This document shows, one piece after another, positions 36,017 to 48,360 of a stretch of 64,000 bases of DNA; the stretch's first letter is position 1; each line of letters begins with the position of its first letter. The stretch comes from Geosiphon pyriformis uo1 (Eukaryota; Fungi; Glomeromycota). A program made the position numbers and the translations under genes. The notes under the pieces were generated by a model. It was not told the DNA's origin. It saw only the letters and a list, made by a program, of their open reading frames with translations, and did no database searches. The stretch spans positions 74,733 to 138,732 of the forward strand of contig JAAOMT010000261.1 in assembly GCA_016748015.1 (NCBI GenBank), written 5' to 3'.

Positions 36017-39000
36017 GCATTAAATAAAACTTTATATTTGTAATCATATTCTTATTTGCAGAAAAAATGTATTCAAAAACAACAGATAATTCTTGGATTG
36101 CCAAATAATTACAAGTTATATATATAAGATAAAAAAATTGTGTTTAATATATCTAAATATCAAATTATTAATAAAATGTTAATTTAGATAAATAATTTTT
36201 TAATATTCTCTTTATCATGCTATTATATCTATTTTTTATTGGTTATTTTTTCAGAGATATAAAAATCAATTTCATTAAGTTTTTTTTTCTTATTATTATT
36301 AAAATCTGCTTTTAATATAAATTATGTAACCAATGCTATAATATTATTAAAATTGCCATTCAACAAAAAACTGTTATTTAATATTGCACTTTGTTTCAAA
36401 GAAAATATGTATTTTAAAGATTTATTTATTATATGGAAGTTGGAAAATAAAACCATTTAAATAAATTAATAATTTACAATTCTTTTATTTTATTAATATT
36501 ATCATTCAAAAAATTTTTTTGTGAAATAATAAAATTTTCTTTTTGAATTCAATGCAGTACAGAGTATTATAATTGTATTTGTTTTGGAGTAATATTCAAA
36601 CAACTTTCTTCTTGCTGCCCTAGCTGTTATAATAAGTAATAGATTTAATATTAAATATTTTAAATAAATAATTAAATAAATACAATCAAAATTATAATGT
36701 TTTAAATTTATTAACATTAATAGCAATTATTACAGAAAACTAAAGCAGTTTTTTAGTTAAATTGGCCAAAATTATAAAAAAAATAGCAATTTTATCTGTC
36801 AAAACATTTTTTTAATTGACTTGCAATTTTTCTGAATATTTTGTCTTTTTTTATAATATTCTTCTATTGTAACATATATTGTCTGATAAAAAGTCTCTAA
36901 ATAATACTATAAAGATTTAGTAGTGTTTATAGTTTTGTAAAAAAAATAGTTTATGCACATATTTTGAATTTTAAATCTTTAGTAATATTGAATGATGCCA
37001 ATAATAAATTTATATTGGTAAATTAAAAAGTGGAGTTGTTATATATGCATAATTTTATATACTTCTTTAACTAATTATAGTAATTAAACAAAGTAATAAT
37101 TGATAAACAAATAGTATATGTTATATTATTTTTAATTTTTTCAAACTTGAACAAGTTTGTGAACTTTAAACCAGACTTAAATCAAATTTAAACTTGTCAA
37201 AAAAATTCAATGCTAAACTTGAACCAAATCTATTTTGAAAAATTGGTTTGGTTTATTTAAACCAAACTTAAACAACACTTAAAATTCAATTTGGTTCAGT
37301 TTAATTAAAACCCTAAATATTATAATTAAGAAGAGTTTCAAATTTAAAGCCAATTTACCACATGATTTTTTTAGTAAAGTACTATACTATCTTTCTTTCT
37401 ATGGTTTAAAATTATTTGGACAAATATAAGCCAAGAGCAAATTAGCATTTGTGGTAAATTTTTTTAATGCTTTAGATATTCTTAAGCAGTTGTTTTATTA
37501 CAGATTTTTAGACTTGCAGATTTTGAACTGGAGTCTTTTAAATTCTTTATAATATTCTGTGAAGTTGCACATTAGTCTTATTAATAATTTTTTAACTAGA
37601 ATAGTAAAGATTTTTTTGGTCAATGATTTGTTCCTAAAAAATAATTTGCTTATTATATTTATAATCCTGAAAAATTTTTGATGTCAGACATTTAAGGAAA
37701 GTTTTTGTATTATAATTTAATTTGTTTTTTAAAAAAAGTTTGGAATGGCTTTTGGTAATAGACTTTTGGACAGAAAAAGTAGTGTAATAAATTAAAAAAC
37801 ATTTCACCATTAAAAAAAATTAGATCTTAAAGACTCTGTACTATCTTAGTTCAAATTAGCATTAAAATTTTTGCATAATATTAAAACATTTTTAATTGGT
37901 TTTGTTTGAATTAACATGTTATATGGTCTGAGTATTTTGAAATCTGACAAGTTTTTTGATATATGTAAATGCTTACATGAGGTTTAGTTTGATGTTATTA
38001 AAATGTATACAGATAGTTCTTTAAAAAATATGAGTTCTATTGATGTTATTAATGTAACTGTTGTGTATTTTTTAACTGTAGATGTAAACATTAAAGTTAA
38101 AGTAAATAGTCTTCTGTTATCAATTTTGGCTGAATTGTAGACTATTGCTTTGTTTTTGGAGTGTATTCTTTTGTCTTGTACAGTAATTTTATATTTGAAT
38201 AGTTAAACAGCTATTAATATTTGTGTTACTAAAAAGATTTTTGCAATGTTTGACTTTTACAATTGCTGTTAGATAAAAAAAAAACATATTATGAATTTAA
38301 TAAGAAATAAGAATCTTTTAATCAAGTAGATAAAGATCAAAGGTCATTTAAGAATTCTAAACAATAAAAAAACAGATTAGATAGCAAATAAAACTATTGA
38401 TTCTTTTTTGTTTCTTTTAAGTAAAATACATAAATATTATATTGTTATTAATAACATGATTGTTTCTGATAATATCTAATACTTTATTTATAATATGTAT
38501 TATTTTATTGGTTGTATTTAATAAGAAGTCAGTTTTAGTTGTAAAATAATATCAAGTAATTTAATTAAAGACATAGATTGGCTGTTTACTATAAAAGTAT
38601 AACATCTTAATTAGCATATATTGTTTAAATTTACTAGCAGAAATTCTGCCAATTTGTGTACATACTTAATAAAAGCTATGCATAAATATTTGCTAATAAT
38701 AATTAAAAAAAGATTGTATAATAAAAAATATCTGAGTGTATTGTGCTTATTGTATGACAAAGTAGAGCTTTCAGATTATGTTTTTATTTATATTAAAGAT
38801 ATTAAATCTCATAAAAAAATATTGTTAGAGTTTTTTGGTTTTTGGAAGTTGTTGATTAAGACTTATGTTTTTTTTTTGTTTTTTTTTTTTCTGTAGTAGA
38901 TATTTTATTCAGATATTTGTTAAATATAAATTTGTATGTTATAATTTGCAAAAGTTTTGTGCTAAGATATTAACAGTTTTTAAGACCAAAAAAAAATCTC

Positions 39001-39439
39001 TAACAACAGTTGTTAGTTTTGTAGATTGGCTAATAAAGAAATATTGTTCCACAGTTTGGCTTAATAGATCAAAATTTAAAGCCAAGATAAAAAAACTGGT
39101 TTAATAAAAAATAGCAGTGTGGTGTTTGGTTTGGCTGGTAATTTAATAACCAAGTTATTAGATAGTATAGTTAAACTTTTGAGTATTATTGAATTTTTTA
39201 TAGTCAGTTTTAGTAGTTATAAGCTGTGTTTTTTTTCTGGTCTAAATAATATTATAAAAGTTTTTATAGATATGTAATGTTGTCTTATTTGGCCTAAGTA
39301 GCTAACCATATGTAGTAAATATATAAGTTATGTTTAATTTGAGTCACTTAGTTTGATTTTATATATTAGATAGCAATTGGACTTTATTTATTAATTGGAT
39401 TAATAATAATAAAATTACAAAATTAAAAACTATTAAAAA

Positions 39440-41170
39440 ACGTTTTTTTTTCTATTTTTATAATCACAATTAAAACAAAGAATAAAAAAGTTTCAAATAT
39501 TACTTTTTTTATAGTAATTAATAAAGTTTTAATAAAAAAAAGTTTTTCTGTTATTAAAATAATTAAGTAAAATATTCTGACAAAATTTTTTTTTCAATTA
39601 AAGTTTTTTTTAAGAGACATATTTAAGTTAATTCTAGTGTTGTTTTTACTTTTTTTAAAAATTCCAAAGTTTTTAATAATAAATCAGCAAACAAGCTAAT
39701 TTTTATTATTAATATTATTAGTTTGCAAATGACCAAAAAAACTAAAGACTTAAAAAAACAACAATAATTACTTATATTTGTTATTGTTATATCAAATTTT
39801 TTGGTGATTTTAAATAAGATTTTTTTAAAAATAATTAGCTTTTTTTTTATATAAACAATAACAATAACAACATGTTTTTTATAATAAACCAAAATTAATT
39901 ACAGGTTATATTTTTGTTATATTTTGTAATGATTTTTTTTTATATATCTTTTGATAATATTAAAAATATTTTTGATGTTTTTGGTATTATTATTTTAGTA
40001 AAATTAAACCTTATTGATTTATAACAATATGTTATTGTTAATTTTAAGAACTTTTTTTTGTTACTGTTGTTCTTAATAATTAATTTGTGTTAACAAAAAA
40101 ATATAGTGTTTAAATTTTTATTTATTAATTAAAAAGAAATTATTATCTTATATGATACTTTTAAGATCAAATTAGTCAATTTTTTTTTAGTTGTACTGTT
40201 TTTGAAATTAATAATATATTTTAAATTAGTAATTATATTTGTTTTATTTTTTATTTTTCTGATTTTTATTACTATTAATATTTTACTATTGTAATATTTG
40301 ATATTTGTAAGTTTTTAAATTTTGTTATTATAAAAACTAATACTTTGTACAAATATTATATCTGGTGAAAAACTTCTAAGTGTTGCTATTGCTACAAATA
40401 TTAAAATTTAAATCATTTATTTGTTAACTATAAGATATTCTTGTTTTTTTTTTCTAAATTGTTTTCTAAATTTGTTGTTAATTTTAGACTTTTTGTGTTA
40501 TTTTTTATTAATAATAAAATTTATATTATAGCTTTTACTTTTTTGGCTTTTTTTTCTGTTATTTTGTTGATTATTCTTGCTATTAATATTGTTATTAAGT
40601 CTAAATTGGATTTTTTGGATTTTTAGATTATAAGTTTGGCTATTTTAATTAAGTTTATTATAAAACTTATTGGTTTTTTGGTTATTTTGGTTACTACTTT
40701 TTTGAACACTTTTTTTGCTCTGTATATAAAGCTTAAAAATTTGGTTTGTTTTGTTTAAAATAAGATATTTGTTTTTAATAAGACTATAGATTGACTTTTT
40801 ATAAATATGGTTTTAATTAAAACTAAATATGATTTTAATATTAATCTTATAAATAAATGTAAAGTTAATTCATTTAATAGCAAATTTTATAAATTAATTA
40901 TTTTTTAGAAATGTCAATCTAATTTTATTAAATTTAATACAAATATAATTACTGTTTGGTTAAATAGTTTTGTTAAAAATAATAGTATATTAGTTATTAT
41001 TATAAGTAAAATATCTTTTTAAAATAAATTTTTTTTTATAAATTCAACATAATATTGTTTTGACTGGCTTAAATAGCTGGTCATATGTAAAAAGTACATG
41101 ATTTATGCTTAATTTAAATTAATTAATTTGGTATATGAGCTTTACTTATTAAAATAAAATAAAATAAAAA
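39440..41170 (+). mobile_element. ORF1-only non-LTR element, copy 2 (more decayed, internally deleted)
   Basis: The 5' sequence ataatcacaattaaaacaaagaataaaaaag matches 12983 onward. Knuckle remnant at ~40380-40430 (ctggtgaaaaacttct). Same 3' hairpin at ~41058-41135. Confidence 0.65.
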
Positions 41171-41839
41171 ATTATTTTGAAAAAAACTTAATAATTAAAT
41201 TATATATAATAAAATTAATTTATAACTTTATACAAGTATAATTGTTATTAAAATAATTTTTAATTAAAAAATATTTAAAGCATAATAAATAAATATATAT
41301 ACATATATATATTTATAACATGTTAAAATTATTATATTTTTAAAATAATAATAATTATTTTATGTAATGCAACAACCAAACACAAAAGCAACAATAATTA
41401 TCCCAAAAATGTATTTGTAACACTATTTTGTTTTTGTGAAAATTTATATAAAAAAAATAATCATTCAAAATTATTTAAATATATAAAAAATCTACTAATT
41501 ATTATGTCAAAAATGTATTGAAAAACAGCATTTAAACACAATTAAGTATTCGTTATTGTGTTCGAATTTTTGCATAAAATAAGTTTATAGTTTTAAAAAA
41601 AATTAAATAATAATAATAATAATATTTTTTTTTGTTGTTATTTATTAGCTTATATAAAAGCTAAATCCTTTGTTAATAAAAATGACTATACATACAGATT
41701 AATTTTGAAAACTACATTACTATACAATTCATAATACACTGTACAAAAATGTCTGAGCTCAGAAGTCCCTGATGTAATCATTTGCTTGGGCTCCTAGCAA
41801 TCAGCTTTTAAATGATCAAAGTATCCTTTGTTTTGTGAT

Positions 41840-44800
41840 TCATGGGGTATTTTTTCCAAATTATTTTCTCCGAAAGCTGTTAAGCTTTTCTGTAAGGGAG
41901 GTGAGAATAAGCCGTCTACCGCCCAACCACCGCCTTCTTCATATAAAACTACACGATTCGGTTCAATGCCTTTTTAAAATGGAAAGATTGGAAATAGGTT
42001 AATTTTGGATCGAACTGAATTAATAGAAAAAACGATCATTTACATACCCAGAAAACAAACATCACACAATCTAATCCCACCGTTTGATATACTGTCTCTT
42101 TGATTTGCTGATGATTTTTGTTCTGATTCATCATGAGCGTTTAATAGCTCCAAGAGGAGTTGCTCAGGAAGGAGGGAAAGATCAATAGGTTTTTTGGTGA
42201 GACAACCAGTGCACACTATAAAATGGTAAAGCCTTAGTAATTCTCTAAACTTTATTAATTTTAATCAGATTGAAATTACCAATTTTCTTGCACTTGAAAC
42301 ACACGTTCTAAAGGAAAGAATCAGATTGGGAATTAAAAGTTGAAACATGATTTTGTTTATTCAAGTCGAGTTCTAAATCCTTTTACTTACCCTCCATCTG
42401 AATACATTGAAATCTACCTGGCATAATTCGCATTGCTTTGCAAGAATTGCTTCGTGAATAAATTTGAAGTTGGGGAGAGTAACACTTCTTGCTGGCCGAA
42501 TATTATCAGCAGATTTAATCAAGTCAGCCTCTGACTGGTTCAAATCACTAGAAGCCACATTATTGTTGGAATTATTGGTGTATCCAATAAGATTCCAAAC
42601 ATGAATTCCAGGAGCGAGATCTTCGTCCTCTAATGCATCAGGAAACATTGTAAAGATACAAGGATCACAAGCACGTACTATCTGATCGTCACTTTCGCTG
42701 CATCCCGGGATCACAAAAGTCTGGTAATATATAATTATTTAGTCTCGTTAAATATGATTGCTTCAAATACAAAATGAAGATTTTTTGGCAACTTACTCTG
42801 GTAGAACATGCATGACAGACTACTTTACCACATGCCCGGCAATGGTGTTTTCTACGAAAAAGACTAAATTCATCTGAGCAGTTCATACATCGATCAGTCG
42901 TTGTGTCTGGTACCCAAACTGGTGCATGATAATTTTCCACGATTCTTTTCCTGTATGAGTCTTCTCTTTCTTGCGGTTCTCTCTTTTCGGCTAGGTAAGA
43001 AGAGATAATATTATAATGTTGGATTAAAAATTAAGATTTTTATCTAATATGATAAATAATTATTTGAAGTGCTCACTAATTCTTAAGGTTCTTTTTGCGC
43101 TTAGATATTCGTTCTTAGCTTCGCGAATAGCATTAATCCATGATTCCTTTTCCTTTAAACTATCTATTTGCATATTGAGTATTTAATACCAAGGAAATAT
43201 TTCAAGAGAAACTAAAGCCAAAATAAATTAAATACTTGTGTAGAGAGTGAAGCTCTTTTGAGGACTCATAATCTGAAAGCGATGTTTCATTGCTAAATTT
43301 GTAAGAGAATGAAAGAAATTAATTTTGATTAAAAAGGTAATTTTGAATCAATAAATATGTACCGAAAGAGTATTACCTCCAGTGTCCTCCAAAGACAATA
43401 CCGTCACATCTTCCAGATCAAATTTACGATGAAATATGTAAATATTATCTATTAGACCGGGACTTTATGAAAAATTAGATTAAGAAAACAATAAAAATGA
43501 TTATTATACTTTATATTAATACAAATTTGCAGTACCTCGCATATATCAAAATATCCGAAAATAAGAAGAAATCACGTTCTTGATGATTTCGGCGACATAT
43601 CTACAAAAAAATGATATTAATACTGTTATATACATTGAAAAGGTTTTTTATGGGCTATCTCTTGATTGAAATAGATTTAATACCTTTTTAACCGTGCCTC
43701 TTTTTATAAAAGTCCTAGCAGGAACAAGTAGCACTTCATCGAATCCAGTTAGAGATTTCTGAATTTCCAACATAGTTATAAACATTTCGTGCTGCCGAAT
43801 AGTTTCATTGACAAAAGTCGCGACATTCTCAATAACTTGATAAGCTTTCTTGAGATTAAAGTAATCAAAATGTGTTTCCTCAGTCCTTTTTAATAAATCC
43901 TCCAACAATAACTTGTAGCGAGGAATACGTTGTACAGGCATTATGAGATATGCCTGAAGGGTTAATCCTTTGCACTGTCCAGTCTTAATAACGTCCTATA
44001 AATTGAGAAAATAATGGGTTATTGTCAAAAAAAAAAATAGATTTGATCAAGAAAAGCAATAATTAATAATGTGTACTTTTAAAAAAGCGGAAAACGTGGG
44101 ATTCTCACGTATTTGCGCATCAATCATAGCAAGTGCATAATTAAAATTCTTCACATATATTGAATACATCTTGAAGAAGGGACCCTGGTAGTTTTAAAAT
44201 GGAAAATCCCACAGAAAAAATAAATATTTGGTAATTTCATCAGCCTGAAAAATAATTTTCTCAAAGGCAATCCTACCATGTTTAAAAATATATCGCCTAA
44301 ACATCCATCTTGAGCATTCCAAGGCTTGTTTTGTTGCCTTTCATCGGTTGAGTCCATTATCCTATCTTCCAATCTTCGTAACAATTCCGTATTTAAGCTG
44401 AGAAGATCCAAGAAATTTGCAAAAATGTCATTGATAGACTTTTTAGTGAGAATTGGGTTCGAGGTAGATAGCGAGTTTAAAAGTGGCATAAGAAATAGCT
44501 ATAAGAAAGATGAATTTATGCAAAATTAGTTGGTTCCAAATTCAATAAACTATTAGAACATAGTAAATAGTTTTTAACGGATATCATAACATTACGAAAA
44601 TTTTTAAGATTGAGTGAAAATTTCGACTTTTATTCGATGCTTTTTATTCATGAATTTTCTTCTTTTGCCTACCCTTTTTATTAGCAATAAACAGTCAACA
44701 TAGTGTCTCTCGGTCTTTAAAATTTCGAAAGCAATATTATATCGTCTCTGCAATTGGGAACCTCGAGAGGTTACTTGAGCATGAATTAAGGATGCTGTGG

Positions 44801-45860
44801 TACTCGAAGAGCCATCATCAGAAGAGTAAGATGATTTACGAGGAGTATAATTAAGATTAGGATCAAATGGATCATTTTTATTGTCTGGGTGATCATCAAA
44901 ATCGTTATCATGTTGAAATAATGATATAGAAGTTATTGGGATGGAGGATGTATAATTAGAATTGAATGAATATGGATTTTCAGGATGTTCTTCCATATTT
45001 TGAGGTATCGGGACAGAAGCTCGCCTGGGCGAGGATGCCATATGTTGAGAATTATTTAATATTGATCCTCGTGAAGTAGAAGGCATAGAATAACGATTAG
45101 GACGGATAGAAGAATGATCATTTAATTGTATGGATGATGAATTAGATGCATCAAATAACCTTGGTCTGTGTAATTTATGATTTGATGGATCAAATATTGT
45201 GGGTGATGTACTGAAAATAGAACTAATGTCAGATATTACACTATCACGGTTTGGTGTTGAGATAGATGTTATGGAAGGAGATAAAGACTGAAATGAGTCT
45301 GATAATGTTTCAGAGTCACTTTCCCCTCGATTGGGTGAAGCCTCATTGGAAAGTGATTGAAATGCAATAGGTGTGAATCTTTCTATAGGAGAATCGGACA
45401 TTTGATACTCATTGTTTTGAATTGAGACCTCTTCAAATAATTTTTTTGATTCCTCAAATTCTAAAGAAAGATTTAATTTTTCTATGCTTTCATTTCCTAA
45501 ACCACTTCCTAGTTCGTTCAGCTTAAGATTGAGACCAATAGAGTTTCGATTCCCAATGGGACCCTTTTGAATTAAGAGTGATAATCTAGATTTAGCAGAG
45601 AGACCATTTTTTTCTAGAATCGGTGTTGGGCGAATAATACTCTGGGTTTCCGGTATAGGAGAAGGTTTGTTAACTATCCAAGACTGTCGCATGTTAGGCA
45701 ATAGAATTCGGCGGAATGAAGGTGAAGTAGGCGAGGGAAAACTACCAGTGACACTTTCTTTAGTCAATTGAGTGTTAACTTTGAGTGGAGTTTGCCACTC
45801 AAGAGGAGTACTGGAAGCTGTAACAATTCGTTCCTTGGTTTCATTTCTGCTCGTTTCCAT
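41840..45860 (-). CDS. FGD-like Rho guanine-nucleotide exchange factor: Ser-rich N-terminus, DH (RhoGEF), PH, FYVE and a second FYVE-like domain; multi-exon
   Basis: EILKTERHYVDCL, LIMPVQRIPRYKLLLEDLLK (DH); PH exons at 43080-43600; WVPD..CMNC..FSLFRRKHHCRACGKVVCHACS (FYVE); CELC..NVCFKC..VCTGC..LCDVC (second FYVE-like). GT-AG introns; stop at 41840. Confidence 0.88.
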
Positions 45861-46280
45861 TATGGTAAGCTAAATTTTAAAAAAGAATTCGAATGAGGGA
45901 AATCTTGAAACCAAGTTCTTTACTAGGGGGTGACAGGAAAACATAAGACGAAGTATGACACTGTGCCATTCATGCAGGGTGGTGAGTTTTTCGTTTTTGC
46001 GACTCATATTTTTCTCTCTTCATAACGAAAGTTCAGGGGAATACATTGTTGATATTAAGTTGAGGCACAGGATAACTCCTAAGTTGTTGTTCCGCAGACT
46101 TGACGATCATTTCATGTATCCCAGATCCCATAACAGTTGAAAATGTTGACGTCACAAACAGCATTAAATAATAATAATTTTTATAAATCAAATAATATTA
46201 CAAATTTAAATTTAAATTTTACATAATATTAATAGTTAATTGTTTATTTTGTAATAAATGTTATAATTTATCAATTCAAA

Positions 46281-46320
<40 letters not shown>
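46281..46320. repeat. (AAT)n microsatellite
   Basis: Direct reading. Confidence 0.9.
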
Positions 46321-46323
<3 letters not shown>

Positions 46324-48331
46324 TTATATATATATATTGAAATAAATAATTTATTATTGAAAATAGCAACAGAAACAATATTATCACGTGATAACATTTT
46401 TATCTTTTGGTTAAAACAAATAAATGGTTTCACAACATTTTGTTTTAATGAATAAGAAATTCTTGCTCTTTTTATCGGATAAGGAAATTTCCGACATTTT
46501 CCGAATTATAAATGATGGATGGATAAATTTGAATGCAATAAAAGCATGATATGACACTACTTTTTATCAGCTATCTTTCCCAAAGAGATGTTTTTTCCTT
46601 ACAATTACTTTTTGGTTGAAAAGCTTTTTTATCTTTCGAAAAACTTCTTAAAAAGCTCTAAATAATTTATTTGTCTTTCAAAGTTCTTTTCTTCGAGTTA
46701 AAAAGTTTTTCTTTCATATAACTTTGCTTCTTGGGTTCATTTCTTTGCCACTCTGTATGTATTTTTTCTTTCTTTTTCTCTTTCTCTTTCTCTATTTCCT
46801 TTGCAAGGGGCTTTTTGCGTGTATATCGTGAGACACAATTTGTGTATCCATTTAAAAGGAACTATTAATTTGGGAATAATTCACTGGAATATGGCTTCTA
46901 AATTTATTCAGGTTATAGGATATTTCTTCTGCCGTCAGGCTGATGTCATAAATAGAAACACAAAGGGAAAAACAGATAAATACTAAACTGGCCAACATTC
47001 TGTTCATCTCGTTATTATCATTCATCTTTTTCCCTGCTTTTTTTTTTTTTTTGAATCTGACCTGCGAGTACCCTCAATCGATGTAATTTGGACAAAGCTC
47101 AAGATTTTGATATTTGTTGGCTGTGCTAAAATAGGCGAGTATAGTTACACATTTCCAAATTTGTTGAATTCCACCGCCGAACTTATTCTATTTTAAATTA
47201 CTATGAATTTATAATCTTTATGCATGCTCTCAATGGTCTTCCATTTTGTTATTGGTAGATCAATCACACAAACGAGGCGGAGCTTTTATTTCACCGTTTG
47301 ACGACAATACATAAAAAGGGAAATTTACCATGAAAAAGTCGGCAATTTCCGTTTTACTCTCTACTTGAATCAGACCTGATGAAAAAAAGATTGGTTTGGG
47401 TTATTATGATGACAAGAATTGTTACCCATAGGTGAAACACAATGAGATAACATGATCTCGGGATGCAGATGAAATAAATAATAGTTCCTCATTGCGTTTT
47501 GCCTTTCTGTTGCTGCTACCTGCCACGCTTATCAACCAACCTCCCTGTTGTTCCTCTGCTTCTGCTTCCGACTGAACACACACAACACATTCAACCCAAC
47601 TAATAACAACAAAGTTTCACTCTGCACCAGTATTTAGTAGTATTAGTAGTGAGAGTTTTAGGATTAATAATATTAACAGCTAACAAAAGGTTTTCTTAGA
47701 AACAAAAGTCGAAATTTTATTTTACTGCAAGACGTCAAAATCTTATTCTTTTTTCTTTTTTAACCCGCTAAACCTTTCTATGAATACCAGTTTAGAATCC
47801 AAAAGCCAAAAAAAAAAGGTACGTAAGTTAGTCTTTGAAATTTTGAATAAGCGAGTTCTCCTTTGAAATTTTCCGTGAAAGATGAATAGTATATAAAATT
47901 TCTATTAATTTGTACTTCTTTATGTGCTGTCAAATTTCCTTTTGTTCTCTTAATTGATTATAAGAAGCCATTTTCTATAATTTTTTAAAGCCCTTTCTTT
48001 TTCTTTTTTCTTGCGAAATTTCTGTTCATTCACTGCGGCATAGAAAATTATATACTTTTCACCTCTCAATAAGTTTCCTTTCTAATTATCATTTTTTTCA
48101 AGAAATTTCACGATTTTCTATCGATTCCTTCGTTTATCCCTTTCAAAACACAAAACAGTCAAAAATGAGGCACAATCATAAAAAAAAAGGGGGGGGGGGG
48201 TTTGGGTGGTTATACAATTTTGGAAGGCATTTGCCGATAGCGGGTGGAGTTCTTTTTTATTATTCATACATGATTATGAGGTTTAGAACAAATCATTGGC
48301 ATGGCATGGCATTACATGGGTTTGCGATTAT

Positions 48332-48360
48332 AATGATGATGATGATGATGATGATGATGA
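48332..48360. repeat. (ATG)n microsatellite
   Basis: Direct reading. Confidence 0.9.

Larger units (their letters stand above)
25639..37315 (-). mobile_element. hAT-superfamily DNA transposon (~1.6 kb, internally deleted), interrupted by the Gypsy element
   Basis: 8-bp TSD AATATTAT (25631-25638 / 37316-37323). TIRs TAAGATTCTAAT and reverse complement TAGGGTTTTAAT. Subterminal aaacc/ggttt-type repeats. Minus-strand transposase remnants KLFEYYSKT..CTALNSKRK (=LDPRxK) and a hATC domain NYLAIQELSVVFEYIFSA that continues across the Gypsy insertion as ..TTIRAAQY. Confidence 0.85.
20930..39413 (+). mobile_element. Decayed full-length LINE: ORF1 (~20941-22917) and ORF2 APE-RT-RNase H-CCHC (~22906-25638 and 37324-39280), interrupted by a hAT element
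   Basis: ORF1 CCHC knuckle at ~22215-22258. APE start KFATYNIRIIN (~22930). RT motif FVNNTIW (=FVDDTIW, ~25217). RNase H motifs MYTDS[G]SL (~38003), STLAEL-like and KIKGH (~38332). C-terminal CLLY..H..-type zinc motif (~38740). The reading resumes across the 8-bp TSD. Possible TSD attacaaaa(t/a)..aaaact at 20912-20929 and 39414-39431. Confidence 0.85.

Noticed and set aside
41545-41580. GTTCGAATT, a possible tRNA T-loop
   Set aside because: No cloverleaf stems; no tRNA or rRNA gene was found in the window.
41821-41830. GTATCCTTT, a U12-type 5' splice-site consensus
   Set aside because: It is on the plus strand just past the stop of a minus-strand gene, with no host exon or matching branch point. 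No U12 intron could be supported in the annotated genes.
47400-47475. ATGATGA C-box suggesting a C/D snoRNA
   Set aside because: No CTGA D-box or terminal stem at a suitable distance.
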